From: Azolla caroliniana
Lineage: Eukaryota; Plantae; Polypodiophyta
Assembly (NCBI GenBank): GCA_043228905.1
Contig: JBHGNT010000007.1
Location: forward strand, 20,026,001-20,090,000
Length of the DNA: 64,000 nt
Direction: 5' to 3'
Part shown: piece after piece, positions 39,255 to 50,760 of the stretch
Layout: each line of letters starts with the position of its first letter
How positions within the stretch are numbered: the first letter of the stretch is position 1
The notes under the pieces: model-generated
Told to the model about the DNA's origin: nothing
Databases searched by the model: none
Seen by the model: the letters and a program-made list of their open reading frames with translations, nothing else
Program-made: the position numbers and the translations under genes

Positions 39255-39346
39255 GAGAGAGAGAGAGAAAAGAAAGAAAGATACATTAACGTCTTCTAAG
39301 GCCAAAATTTGGCCCATGAGAGAATTGGTGTACAATAAAATAGGGT
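39255..39346 (-). mobile_element. Short RTE/RTEX-type 3'-tail insertion with microsatellite end
   Basis: Reverse complement of 19706-19765, including the GGCCAAATTTTGGCC hairpin, followed by (TTTC)/(CT)n. Confidence 0.65.
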
Positions 39347-40775
39347 GTCTACCCAATCATCGAAATACAAATAAAAATAAAAATGAAAAATAAAATAGAA
39401 CTTAAGCTAAAAGAGTTCTAATATTTGTACAAAATGAGAGAGGAGAGAGACTAAAGTCTAGCTCAAACCATGAAAAATGAAGAAGAAGAAGAAAAAAAAA
39501 ACACTTCATAACTTTTGCTTTTATACTTACTTTTTCAATTTGGCATATATATGTCTTTATCATGGGGCTTTCTCCTTCACTTTGTGGGTATCCCTCTCTT
39601 CACCTTAGGTTGATGTTAGGGTGATGAGACACACAATTAAGGCATGCACAATTGGATACACATTACAGAGAACCTATAGAGATAATATGTACCTACTATC
39701 ATTCATATGCAACAAATAGACTAGACTACACACATTGTAAATAAATATGGAAATAAGTAGAAACATAGTCTCGATCGTGTAATAGTTTCTCTCTGGTGGA
39801 AGCCAGTAAAAAAAATAAAGATGAAGAGAGGGAGAGACCAAATTATGTTTGTATTGGGTATTTTTGGTATAATATAGAATCTCTCCTTTGAGTTACAATG
39901 ATCTTTACAAGAAGGGAGAGAATGAGAATGAGAGACTAATTTAATTGATCAACGACCATTCAATAGTTTGTATCATTTCAGAATTCTATACTACAATCTT
40001 CGAAGATCAGTTGATACAGTTGTCAAGTGGAGACTAGACGATCATACTTCCAACCCCTACATTCCATTGGTGTCATCTGGAAAAGTAATGCAATTCGAAA
40101 GAATTCCAACCCTTACATTTCACAAAGTCATCTACTTAAGTAGAATTAGAATTAGAATTTTTATCGTCCATAAAGTAATGCTGAGTAGTGAGATTCAAAA
40201 CCCAGTGCATGCATTGATAAGAGTATGGCAACTCCGATGTTGTCTCATGTCTGAAGCAATTATTTGCATATTTTATTTTTCCATCAAAAACCAAAAGGTC
40301 ACGTTGTACAAGTATTGATGTAAGGATTCATATACATCTCCCAATAGAAATGAGGCATCAACAATGAGAAACACCTGATCCAGTAAGACTAGCATAACAA
40401 GTAAGGAAGCTGTGGATCAGTGGTGCTGATATGATTGTATATGATTCATAGGGGATATTGCCAAGTCTTCTGAGGGTAAAATGCTGGAATTCACCATATC
40501 ACATACTAAAATTGTGCCAACTGGAATTCAACATCATGTTCAACCAATCATATGCAAGGCATTCTTATTGTCCTCTAAAACTTCAATCACTTGTGAACAA
40601 AACTGTTAACCTTCTATTACTTTTTGACTAAGTAATAGGTCTTAAGTCAACAAGGTTCAAATCACACACCTTCAAAGGTTACCTGGATCTTGTAGCAACC
40701 AAATGGGCTGGAGGATACATGTAGTTTCCCTTGTCAAATTTGACCCTTGTCATGCCTAACTAAGCACATTCCTTT

Positions 40776-43346
40776 CTAGTTTCTTCCAACCATCATTTTT
40801 CGTCTCATGGCTTCAATACTTTCAGCATCTTCTTGCATGCCAGAAGCTGCATAGAGGTTAGCCATTAAGATATAGGATGAACTCGAGCTATCATCAAGTT
40901 GCATTGCTTGATTGAATGCCAAGATCCCTAGCTTCACATTTCCCCATCTTTGACAAGCAGTTAACAATCCACGCCATACCGGAAGATAACTTGAAGAAGG
41001 CATTGTTTTGATCATCGAAACGACCCTGTCAAAGTGTCCAGTACATCCCAATGAAACAGCCATGCAAGTGTGATGCTCTAAGCTTGGTGTAATGCCATAG
41101 TATTTGCTCATACTCTGGAAGTATGTTTGAGCATCATCCAAGAGTCCAGAATGAGTACATGCATTCAAGACACAGAGGAACGTTACTTCATCCGGAAAGA
41201 GGCCCTCACCTTGCATATGTTCAAAACACCACAATGCTTTGTGGCCTTGCCCTTGTTGGGCATACCCAGCAATAAGTGCCGACCAAGAGAATACATTTCT
41301 AATGGGAAGACCTTCGAGCACTAGGTGCGCTTTCTCAAGCACACCACATTTTGCATACATGTCCACCACGGCAGTTCCAAGCATAACATCTTTCTTCAAT
41401 AAACCCTTGTTCAATATCAAGTTGTGGATTTCTTTTCCCTTGTCAATAGCTCCTATGCTACCACAAGCCTTTAAGATAGAAAGGAAGGTGACCGCATTTG
41501 GACATATATACTCACCTTGCATCTGTTCAAAACAGTTTATTGCTTCATGAGCATGCCCTTGCTGGGTATATCCGGCTATTAATGCTGACCATGAAACTAC
41601 ATCTCGGAGAAAAAGTTCATTGTGCACTTCTCGTGCTTTCATGACCACACCGCATGTTGTATACATATCTATCAAAGCATTCCCAAGGACAACATTATGC
41701 TTAAGAAGTCCCCTCCTCAATATCTCATCATGAATCTTGATTCCATAACCAATAGCACCCACATTACCACATGCCTTCAACATGCAAGCAAATGTGATTT
41801 CGTTTGGAGAGAGACCCTCACTTTGCATCTGTTTGAAACATTTCAATGCTTCGTTGAGTCGGCCTTGTACAGCGTACCCAGCAATCATTGCTGACCAAGT
41901 CACTACATTCCGAACTGCAAGCTCATCAAGCACTTCTTGTGCTTTTGCAAGCATGCCACATTTAGCATACATATCCACCAAAGTGGTGCAAAGCACAATA
42001 TCTTTCTTTAGCCAGTTCTTTCTATCCATCATATCATGAAAATTTTCACCCTTTTCAATAGCTCCAACGCTGCCACATGCCTTCAATATGCCGACAAATG
42101 TGACAGGATCCGGAGGAAGGCCTTCTATCTGCATTTGTTCTAAACATTCTAGTGCTTGCGAAGCTTGTCCTCGTTGAGCATATCCTACAATTAATGCATT
42201 CCAAGAGACCACATTTCGAACATGAAGCTCATCGTGCACCTGTTGTGCTTCCACAAGCATGTTACATTTGATATACATATCCACCAAAGAAGTACCAAGC
42301 ACAATGTCTTTCTCTAGCATGCCCCTATCTATAATCCTACAATGAATTTGTTTGCCCTTGTTGATTGCTCCAATAGCACCACAAGCATTCAAGATTCCAA
42401 TGATGATAACTCCATCAGGAGACATACTCTCTACTTGCATCCTCTCAAAACAATTCAGTGCTTCATGACCTTGTTCATGTTGGGCATACCCTGTAATCAA
42501 AGAAGACCAAGAGATCCCATCTCGAACAAAAAGCTCGCTGTGAACTTGTCGTGCTTTCTCGAGAATCCCACATTTGGCATACATTCCAATCAAAGCATTT
42601 GCAAGCACAATATTCTTCTCGAGAAACCTCTTCCTAACAATCTCACAATGAACGTGGATACCTTTCACAATAGCTCCAATGCTACCACATGCCTTCAAGA
42701 TGGAAATAAAAGTGATTGCATTTGGAGAGAGACCCTCACTATACATTTCTTCGTAACAATTCAATGCTTCTTGGGATTGTCCATGTTGGGCATATCCGGA
42801 AATCAAAGCCGACCAAGAGATAACATCTCGGACTCGGACTGTATCATGCAGTTGGTGTGCTTCTATAAGCATGCCACATTTAGCATACATATCCACCAAA
42901 GCGGTGGCAAGACACATATTGTTTTCTTCAAAAATGCCTCTATATACAATTTCCATGTGAATTTGCATACCTTTCTCCATGCATCCTATATTACCAGACA
43001 CTTTTAACATACAGATGAATGTTACAGAGTCTGGACAAACACCTTCTTTGTGCATACTTTCAAAGCATTTTAGGGTTTCGTGAACTTGGCCATGTTCAAC
43101 ATACCCTGTTATGAGAGAATTCCATATAACTATATTCTGGCCACGGAAATCATCATAAAGATTCTTAGCTCTTTCAATCATACCACATTTAGCATACATT
43201 GTGATCAAAGCGCTAACCAGAAAAGGGCTCTTTGCAAGTAGCCCTTTTTGTGTAATATCACCATGAATTTGAATACCTTTCTGAATATCTTTTTTCCTGG
43301 CACAATCCTTAAGTAAGGAAACAAACGCTTTATTACTAATCTCCAT
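40776..43346 (-). CDS. PLS-class PPR protein, E-terminated (cluster gene 1)
   Basis: Seven P-type motifs (e.g. RDVVSWSALIAGY) in PLS triplets; E1 VWRGLLTACQRWGNV and E2 YILMANLYAASGM. First ATG is at 43346 (the ORF track starts at GTG 43370). Confidence 0.95.
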   Translation of the reverse strand: MEISNKAFVSLLKDCARKKDIQKGIQIHGDITQKGLLAKSPFLVSALITMYAKCGMIERAKNLYDDFRGQNIVIWNSLITGYVEHGQVHETLKCFESMHKEGVCPDSVTFICMLKVSGNIGCMEKGMQIHMEIVYRGIFEENNMCLATALVDMYAKCGMLIEAHQLHDTVRVRDVISWSALISGYAQHGQSQEALNCYEEMYSEGLSPNAITFISILKACGSIGAIVKGIHVHCEIVRKRFLEKNIVLANALIGMYAKCGILEKARQVHSELFVRDGISWSSLITGYAQHEQGHEALNCFERMQVESMSPDGVIIIGILNACGAIGAINKGKQIHCRIIDRGMLEKDIVLGTSLVDMYIKCNMLVEAQQVHDELHVRNVVSWNALIVGYAQRGQASQALECLEQMQIEGLPPDPVTFVGILKACGSVGAIEKGENFHDMMDRKNWLKKDIVLCTTLVDMYAKCGMLAKAQEVLDELAVRNVVTWSAMIAGYAVQGRLNEALKCFKQMQSEGLSPNEITFACMLKACGNVGAIGYGIKIHDEILRRGLLKHNVVLGNALIDMYTTCGVVMKAREVHNELFLRDVVSWSALIAGYTQQGHAHEAINCFEQMQGEYICPNAVTFLSILKACGSIGAIDKGKEIHNLILNKGLLKKDVMLGTAVVDMYAKCGVLEKAHLVLEGLPIRNVFSWSALIAGYAQQGQGHKALWCFEHMQGEGLFPDEVTFLCVLNACTHSGLLDDAQTYFQSMSKYYGITPSLEHHTCMAVSLGCTGHFDRVVSMIKTMPSSSYLPVWRGLLTACQRWGNVKLGILAFNQAMQLDDSSSSSYILMANLYAASGMQEDAESIEAMRRKMMVGRN

Positions 43347-44774
43347 GGCTATGGCTCTGTTTTTCCACACTCACGTGAATATTTGGTAAACTGACAAGAT
43401 TTTTGACATCAAAAGTCTGTTATGGTAAGTTCGGTTTGGATCACCTTGTTTTATTATTTCAAAAAGTTCAATCTAACATGGTTTGGTTCGTTAATTCAAT
43501 AAGGTCTGCAATTCTAGCAATGAATCCAACTGATTGATTGCTAGCAACTAACGAGTAATTGTAAGCTGTTGATACGTAATTTGCATTCAACCTTTAACCA
43601 CATTCTAGGAATCGAACCTGGCAACTCAAGATAAGAAATAGTTTACCTCTGGTTGCTGCTATGTCTTGTTCGAACGAAGATTCTATGAATTAAAAAAATT
43701 CCTTATAAAAAGTTGTCATTAAGGTCTGTGATTGAGTTCTTGTAGAAACATATTTTCATCCATATATCCAAACTATTTGGTGAGATATCGCTCATTCATC
43801 ATAGCAAAATCACGTATTATTTAACGCCAAAAACACCTACTAACATGTTCTAGGTTGTACATTAATGTGGCCCATCATTATTGTGACAACTTGTTTGAGA
43901 ACATCACATAAGAAATTAAGAAATCCATCATTATTTCAATAATAAGTTTTCATTAGTTTGACATAGATATATTGTGTGCTTTCATGACTTTGGAGGGTAT
44001 TTGCCTCACCATAAGACATGGGGAAAAGAACCCTCAGCAAGCAACGTAAACCAAGTTGATTCTCATGTGACAAAAATGTGTTTACATGTAGGAAATATTA
44101 GTGAAGTAGTCATAACCTATCTCCCATTTGAATAGGGCAAATCAATGCATCATATTTTGCATATTATATACAAAGTTGGCAAGTAATGCATCTCACCTTA
44201 ATATGTGCATTAGTTAAGCACTTTGATGACTTTGTTGTTGCTCTAAAGTCTAGGTTAGTTGTTTCAATGTATTAGGTAAGTAAAACAGCAGCAATGTTTT
44301 ATATTGCTACCATAGTTGCAACACACCATACCATGATCAAATCTGTTGGTTTGGTAGGCATACATTAGATTAAAATTTCCCATGAAAGCGTATCGGTCAC
44401 ATATCAACTTGAATAGTGAATGCTATGGTAACAATATAGTTATCAATGGGCAATGGTGTTCCTTTTCTTTTTTCACATCAATGTTCTTGTTCAAAACCAT
44501 GATTGTTCATCTCCAAATTTCATAGACAAAGCCACACGACATATGCTATATGTTTGGATTCACATTTCTACAAACAGTTCCACGTACTCTTTCTCATGTG
44601 CCACTCAAAAGCACTCCTGATTGATCATCGCAATTAGACTCCACTCCAATAGTCTTTATTATTCATCCCCCCCATACAAAATGTTCAACATCTTGGCATA
44701 CTATCATGTCAGTTAATTAAAGTTGAAAAACTCAATGATGGATTCTCATCTCATTCCTCGAGCACCATTTTGAT

Positions 44775-44899
44775 TCTCCAGAGGCATCATTTTCATTCTA
44801 AAATCATATGTAGTAAAAGAGTCACATATGGAATCTCATGTCATTCTCCAGAGGCATCATTTTCATTCTAAAATCATATGTAGTAAAAGAGTCACATAT
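44775..44899. repeat. Duplication of about 55 bp just downstream of PPR cluster gene 2
   Basis: tctccagaggcatcatttt(t)cattctaaaatcatatgtagtaaaagagtcacatat occurs twice. Confidence 0.9.
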
Positions 44900-44922
44900 T
44901 TTCAGCTGCATAACTTTGACAT

Positions 44923-46992
44923 TTATGTATGCATCTCTATTTTGAGAATATCTTGAAAGCAGAATTCTTCAGACATTTCTGAGCTCTTGAAAGCAGCATT
45001 TTTCAGCCTCGTAGCATTAACCTTTTCAGCATCGTCTTGCATACCAGCAGCTGTATAAATACTTCCCATAAGAACATATGCCGCAGTACTCGTATGATCC
45101 AATTGTATCACATTATCATAAGACAATCTTCCAAGCTCCACATTTCCCCATTTTCTACAAGCAACCAATAATGCAAGCCACAGGGCAGGGTGGTCAGAAG
45201 ATGGCATTGATTTAATCACTGACATAGCCTTCTCAAATTGACCTACACATCCGGAAACTACCACCATGCAAGTATGATGCTCTAAATCTGGTGTTATGCC
45301 ATATGTCTTAGTCATCTTATTAAAGTAGATTTGGGCCTCATCTAATAGTCCTTTGTGACCACATGCCGTGAGGACGCACAGGAAAGTGATTGCATCCGGC
45401 GAGAGATCCTCTCCTTCCATGCGCCGGAAACAGTTTAATGCTTCATCTACTTCACCTTGCTGAGCATAGCCTGCTATTAATGCATTCCAACATGCTACGT
45501 CTCGGATAGAAAGACTTTCAAGAATTTGTTGTGCTTTTGCAAGCATGCCACATTTGGCATACATATCGACCAAAGCTGTGCCAAGGATTATGTTTTTCTC
45601 AATTAAACCCATACTCAGAATCTCATCATGAATATATTTGCCCTTGTGAATAGCTCCAATACTCCCACAAGCCTTTAAGACACAAATGAATGTGATGGCA
45701 TCTGGGAAAAAACCCTCATTTTGCATTTGATCAAAAGAAGTTAGCGCCTCATGAACTTGATCCTCTTGAGTGTACCCTGCAATTAAGGCAGACCAAGAGA
45801 CTAAGTCCCGAACAGGAAGCTCTTCCAACACTTTACGAGCTTTTACGAGCTCACTACATTTGGCATACATATCTACCAGAGCAGTGCCAAGAATGATGTT
45901 TTTCTCTAACAATCCCCTCTTCACAATCTCTTCATGAACATGTTTTCCTTTATCAATGTCTCTTATACTAGCACAAGCTTTCAATATGCATGCAAACGTG
46001 ACTGCCTCTGGAGAGAAACCTTCGTTTTGCATCTGTTTAAAGCAATCCAAAGCTTCATGATCTTGCCCTCTCTGAACATACCCTGCGATGAGAGCATTCC
46101 AAGAGACCACACTTCTATTCACAAGTTTTTCATGTATTTCATGTGCCTTCGAAAGCACACCAAATTTTGCATACATATCAACCAGTGCAGTGCCAAGAAT
46201 AGCATTTGTCTCAAGTAAGTTGAGGCTGATAATCTCATCGTGAACTTGATTTCCCTTATTAATATCACCAGTGCTTCCACAAGCTTTCAAAATACAGCTA
46301 AAAGTGATCGCATCCGGAGAGAGACCTTCTCCTTTCATCTGTTCAAAGCAATGGAGAGCTTTATGGCCTTTCCCTTGTTTAACATAACCCACAATTAGTG
46401 CTGACCAAGAGACGACATCTCGAACTGGGAGCTCTTCGAGCACTTGTTTTGCTTTTGAAAGCATGCCAAATTTGGCATACATATCCACCAGCGCAGTACC
46501 AAGCATGATGTTATTTTCTAGCAATCCTCTACGAAGAATCTCATCATGAATTTTCTTTCCCTTATCAATTGCTCCAATGCTACCACATGCCTTCAAAACA
46601 CACATAAAAGTGACTTGATCTGGAGAGAAACCCTCTCTTTGCATACTCTCTAAACACAAGAAAGTTTCATGGCCTTTTCCTTGTTGAGCATAGCCACCTA
46701 ACAGAGCATTCCAAGAGACTAAGCTTCGGAATCGAAACTCATCGTGCAAATGTTGTGCTTTTGCAAGAAGACCACATTTCACATACATATGAATTAAACT
46801 ACTTGCTATATAGGGGTTCTTTTCAAGCAAGTCCTTTGTCAAGACCTCGCGATGTATCCTTTCTCCTTTACATAAATCTCTCTTCCTACCACAAGTTTTG
46901 AGCAATTCCACTATTTTGCATTCCTCCTCCCTGCTTACTCTTCTTCCCAAATCCCTCGCAAGAGACCCTAGGGTTGCTCGGCTACCATCCAT
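44923..46992 (-). CDS. PLS-class PPR protein, E domain plus short tail (cluster gene 2)
   Basis: Five P-type motifs in PLS triplets, with E1/E2. First ATG (MDGSR) is at 46992. Confidence 0.95.
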   Translation of the reverse strand: MDGSRATLGSLARDLGRRVSREEECKIVELLKTCGRKRDLCKGERIHREVLTKDLLEKNPYIASSLIHMYVKCGLLAKAQHLHDEFRFRSLVSWNALLGGYAQQGKGHETFLCLESMQREGFSPDQVTFMCVLKACGSIGAIDKGKKIHDEILRRGLLENNIMLGTALVDMYAKFGMLSKAKQVLEELPVRDVVSWSALIVGYVKQGKGHKALHCFEQMKGEGLSPDAITFSCILKACGSTGDINKGNQVHDEIISLNLLETNAILGTALVDMYAKFGVLSKAHEIHEKLVNRSVVSWNALIAGYVQRGQDHEALDCFKQMQNEGFSPEAVTFACILKACASIRDIDKGKHVHEEIVKRGLLEKNIILGTALVDMYAKCSELVKARKVLEELPVRDLVSWSALIAGYTQEDQVHEALTSFDQMQNEGFFPDAITFICVLKACGSIGAIHKGKYIHDEILSMGLIEKNIILGTALVDMYAKCGMLAKAQQILESLSIRDVACWNALIAGYAQQGEVDEALNCFRRMEGEDLSPDAITFLCVLTACGHKGLLDEAQIYFNKMTKTYGITPDLEHHTCMVVVSGCVGQFEKAMSVIKSMPSSDHPALWLALLVACRKWGNVELGRLSYDNVIQLDHTSTAAYVLMGSIYTAAGMQDDAEKVNATRLKNAAFKSSEMSEEFCFQDILKIEMHT

Positions 46993-47271
46993 GTATCCTT
47001 TCACTTTTGGACAAATCTCTCTTCCTACCACAAAGTTTTGAGCAATTCCACTATTTTGTGTTCTTCCTCCACATCTACACTTCTTCGCAAGACCCTTCCA
47101 AGATGCTCTAGAGTTGCTCGTCTACCATCTATGTATTCTTTCCCCTTTACACAAATCTATATTCTTACCATAAGTTTTAAGCAATTCCATTATTTTGCAT
47201 TCTTCCTCCATGTCTGCTCTTCTTCCCAAGCCCCTTGCAAGATGCCCTAGCATTGCTCGGCTACCATCCAT
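46852..47271 (-). repeat. Triplication (139-140 bp) of the start codon and first ~46 codons of PPR gene 2
   Basis: Units begin at 46852, 46991 and 47131 on the plus strand. Confidence 0.9.
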
Positions 47272-47394
47272 TGATAGATAGATCTAAAATGGTCACCTCA
47301 TAGAAAAGTTGTGAGTTTAGCTTAAAAACTCGAGGATTACAGGGATGTTGAAAGGATGGAAGCCTAAGCATACCTTCTCAGATGTGCTGCTTTG

Positions 47395-47810
47395 TTCTTC
47401 TTCCTTCCCCTTTGTTCTCCCCTGTTCCCTTCCTCTCTCCTCTGCTCTGGTCCATTGGGTTCTCTTTCTCTCCAATTCTAATGTGTAGCCAGAGACTGAG
47501 AGAAAATTGGCCATGGTAAGAGAGATTTCTTCTTCTTCCTTCTCCCCTGTTCTCTCCTCTGTTCTCCTACACTATTCTCCCTGTTCCTCTGTTCTCTCCA
47601 TTGCTCTGTCTGGTCCAATTGGGTTCCCTTTCTCTCTAATTCTAATGAGAAATCAGATGCCAAGAAAATTGGACATGGTAAGAGAGATTTCTCCCTAGTT
47701 CTCCCTGTTCCTCTGTTCTCTCTCCTTTGCTCTGTCTGGTCCATTGGGTTCTCTTTCTCTCTAATTCTAATGAGAAATCATATACTAAGAAAATTTGGCC
47801 ATGGTAAGAA
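47395..47810. repeat. Pyrimidine-rich tandem repeat x 3 upstream of PPR gene 2
   Basis: tgctctg..gtcca(a)ttgggtt..ctttctct..aattctaatg...aaattgg(c/a)catggtaaga recurs three times. Confidence 0.8.
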
Positions 47811-48520
47811 AAACCAAGTTGGCTCAAGCATAGTGAACCATACGTTCCATACGTGCATTCTCATTCTCGAGAATGGTTCAATCATTCGCGTAAGAAAAAC
47901 ACCCTCAAATAATGATAAATGCCATACTTTTGGATTTATTATTTATTATTTATTATGAGGTAAATAAGCCTAAGAAAAACATTAAAAAAATGGGAGAAAA
48001 AAAGAAAGAGAATGTTTGAATAACATTCGCATTCGTTTTCCAACGTAGGAAAACGAATGTTATGCTAGACGAACACGAATTTTACATACTATGCTTAGAA
48101 GTTGTCAAAAAAGAGCGAAAGAGACCACTAGCAATTGGCCATAGTTCAGTTTGAACCGAATCGAACCGCGAAACCACAACTTAATGGTTTGAACGGTTTG
48201 GTTTGGTTCAGGTTCAGGTTTCTGTAAACTATTTGGTTTCAGTTCGGTTAGAGCCTTTATCAGTTTAACGGTTTTTGGTAAAAATGATTTGAAATTGTAG
48301 TTCAAACAATTTAAATGGTTTGACAGTTTAGGATTGACATTCGATAATTTTCTTAATTTTTTTTTTTTTACATTTGAAGCCTAATTTTGATCTTTTAAGA
48401 AAAATCTTTAATTTTTGACAAATTTAAATTTTTTTTAAATGAAAATGTGAAATTTTGAATTTTGACCTAACTTGAAAACCAAAACGAAACCGCGAAATTG
48501 CAGTTTGAACGGTTTAATGG

Positions 48521-49246
48521 TGTCGCGGAAATCCGCACGTGCGTGTCGGATAGGACAGGACCACAAAGGGTCTTGGACTAGGGAGTAAGAGGAGGGAGAG
48601 AAGCTTGGGAGTTCAACCGAGAAGGAAAAGAAAGATTAAGATTCAAGAGAATAAGATTTAAACAAGACAAGATACATTATGGAAAGCACCACACCAATTA
48701 CAACCGTGGTCGTGTAGGCCGAATGTAAATCCTCTAGATGAAACCCTAACCGGATAGGGGGGGGGGGAAAAAAGACAACGAATGAAACCCCTAAATGAGA
48801 TCCTAAAACCCAAAATTCCGAAACCCTAATGGCAACCCAAAGAAACCCAAAAAGTGGAAGCCCCTCAAAAGTGACCCCTCACTCCCTTTTATAGTAGTAA
48901 GGGGTAAGACACATTACATAAAGAGGAGTCAAATCCCCTTTCCTTTAATGGGGAATATCTCCCATGATCTTAAATCGGTGGGCCTTTAAATCTCTCCCCT
49001 CACGCTTTCAATGCCATTGCCCATCATATTTGTACCCCCACGTACTCCCCTTTCCTATGTGCCCATGTGCACACAAGTCCACATCATCATATTTACACTT
49101 AACGAATTTTCGTAGAGCACCTTACACTTTACATTTGCTTATTTACTCTTAGGTTACGAATTTAATAAGTATATGTGCTACGTTGCACATCTCATTTTAT
49201 TCGTTCTGCTTGTGTTTTCCCACCATGGCCAAAAATCCTCACAACA
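48521..49246 (-). mobile_element. Probable solo LTR
   Basis: TGT...ACA ends, flanking atgg/acgg (imperfect 4-bp TSD) and TATAAAAGG on the minus strand near 48890. It splits the MITE, whose uninterrupted form is seen at 24.1 kb. Confidence 0.6.
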
Positions 49247-49730
49247 ACGGTTTAAAGGTTTGAAAGTCTCTAAAACCATTTGGTTTGAGCTAGAATTTTT
49301 TGTAATGGTTCGGTTAAAACGGTTTCGTGGTTTGGTTACGAATTTAGGTTACAAATTTAATAAGTATATGTGCTACATTACACATCTCGTTTTATTCGTT
49401 TTGCTTGTGTTTTCCCACCATGGCCAAAAATCCTCACAACAACGGTTTAAAGGTTTGAAAGTCTCTAAAACCATTTGGTTTGAGCTAGAATTTTTTGTAA
49501 TGGTTCGGTTAAAACGGTTTCGTGGTTTGGTTACGAATTTAGGTTACGAATTTAATAAGTATATGTGCTACGTTGCACATCTCGTTTTATTCGTTCTGCT
49601 TGTGTTTTCCCACCATGGCCGAAAATCCTCATGACAACGGTTTAAAGGTTTGAAAGTCTCTAAAACCATTTGGTTTGAGCTAGAATTTTTTTGTAATGGT
49701 TCGGTTAAAACAGTTTCGTGGTTTGGTTTA
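49149..49730. repeat. 195-bp x 3 tandem repeat spanning the LTR/MITE junction
   Basis: Units start at 49149, 49344 and 49539 and are nearly identical. Confidence 0.95.
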
Positions 49731-49879
49731 AGTTTCAAAATTTTAAAACGGTTTGAGTTTGCAACTCACGAACTGAACTGTTGTCGATTGTTAAAGACCA
49801 CCAAGAGAGAGTGCGCACGAAAAGTGACCTTAGGAGATGCCTTCTAGAGAGAGAGCGTGGAAGTGGCCTTAGGAGATGT

Positions 49880-50760
49880 GTTCTAATGCATGGACTAGAA
49901 AATGTGGTGGAATTACATTTACAACCAGTAGGTCGTTCTATTCTTACGAATGATCACAAAAATCTAAATGAGCACAAGTCGTCTCGATGTAAACTGCTAG
50001 GTAGAAATCTAGGTGCTTTTCTAGTAAGTTCGGTACTTAAGAGTCATACTACTAAGACACCTTGTAAGTTAAATGACATAATGATTGAAGAGTTAGGATT
50101 TCGAGGTGATACAATCTTTTGCATGGGTTGCGGAAATGTGACGGAATTGCTTTGGCCCGTGAGCAAATACACGAGCACAAGTTGGGTGCAGAAAGAGTTG
50201 GTTCCACTTTATGTCCACAAGGGTAGCCTTGGATCAACAAGTCGTGGTACTAGCAGAGACCATAATTCTGTGACACCTAGTAAGTTAAAGGACTAATAAG
50301 GAGAGAAGAGTTAGGATTTCGAGGTGATAACAATGCCTGAGCACAGTTTGAGAATTTATTGCTAGTGGAAAGAAATGGGTGAACCTTAGGATGTTCGTGA
50401 AAGTAATGCTAATAGGAAGGATCAAGGTTTTCATTTCCAACAAGGAGTGGATGTGGCAGAACGACGTAATTTGAAGGATGTTCTACATGCTATGGGTTTC
50501 TGAAGTTGTGTGAGCATACAAGTGGTTCATTGTCTTCATGAATACGAGGTTGTTTCAAGAGAATGGAGGGAATGTAGAACCAAGTTGAAAGCTTGTTTAC
50601 TCAAGAGATACAAGACGTTGTGAAGCAATGGTTGAAGTTTCAATTGGACCTACGGTTTTAATACATGACGCAACTTTTGATGATAGCATACATGGTGGAG
50701 TGATCATGAATAATCACAGTACGACAAAAGAAGCACTACAAGTTGCAAAATCTTCTAGAT
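49880..50760 (+). pseudogene. tRNase Z (long form, ELAC2/TRZ-L-like) pseudogene fragment, intronless
   Basis: LKDVLHAMGF*SCVSIQVVHCLHEYEVV and KLVYSRDTRRCEAMVEVSIGPTVLIHDATFDDS...NHSTTKEALQVA match the tRNase Z C-terminal motifs (VxHC, YSGDTRPC, LIHEATF, HST), with stops and motif substitutions. The 5' limit is uncertain; support is strongest for 50450-50760. Confidence 0.8.

Larger units (their letters stand above)
48129..49793. mobile_element. hAT-like MITE interrupted by a solo LTR
   Basis: TIRs TAGCAATTGGC / GTCGATTGTTA and an 8-bp TSD gagaccac/aagaccac; same family as 24099-24522. Confidence 0.8.

Noticed and set aside
41127-43007. Antisense ORFs overlapping the PPR, peroxiredoxin and 35K genes
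   Set aside because: Shadow frames of real coding sequence.
43608-43618. Perfect B-box GGTTCGATTCC on the minus strand
   Set aside because: No matching A-box or cloverleaf upstream.
49173-49634. 153-aa repetitive ORF
   Set aside because: Artefact of the 195-bp triplication of non-coding TE sequence.
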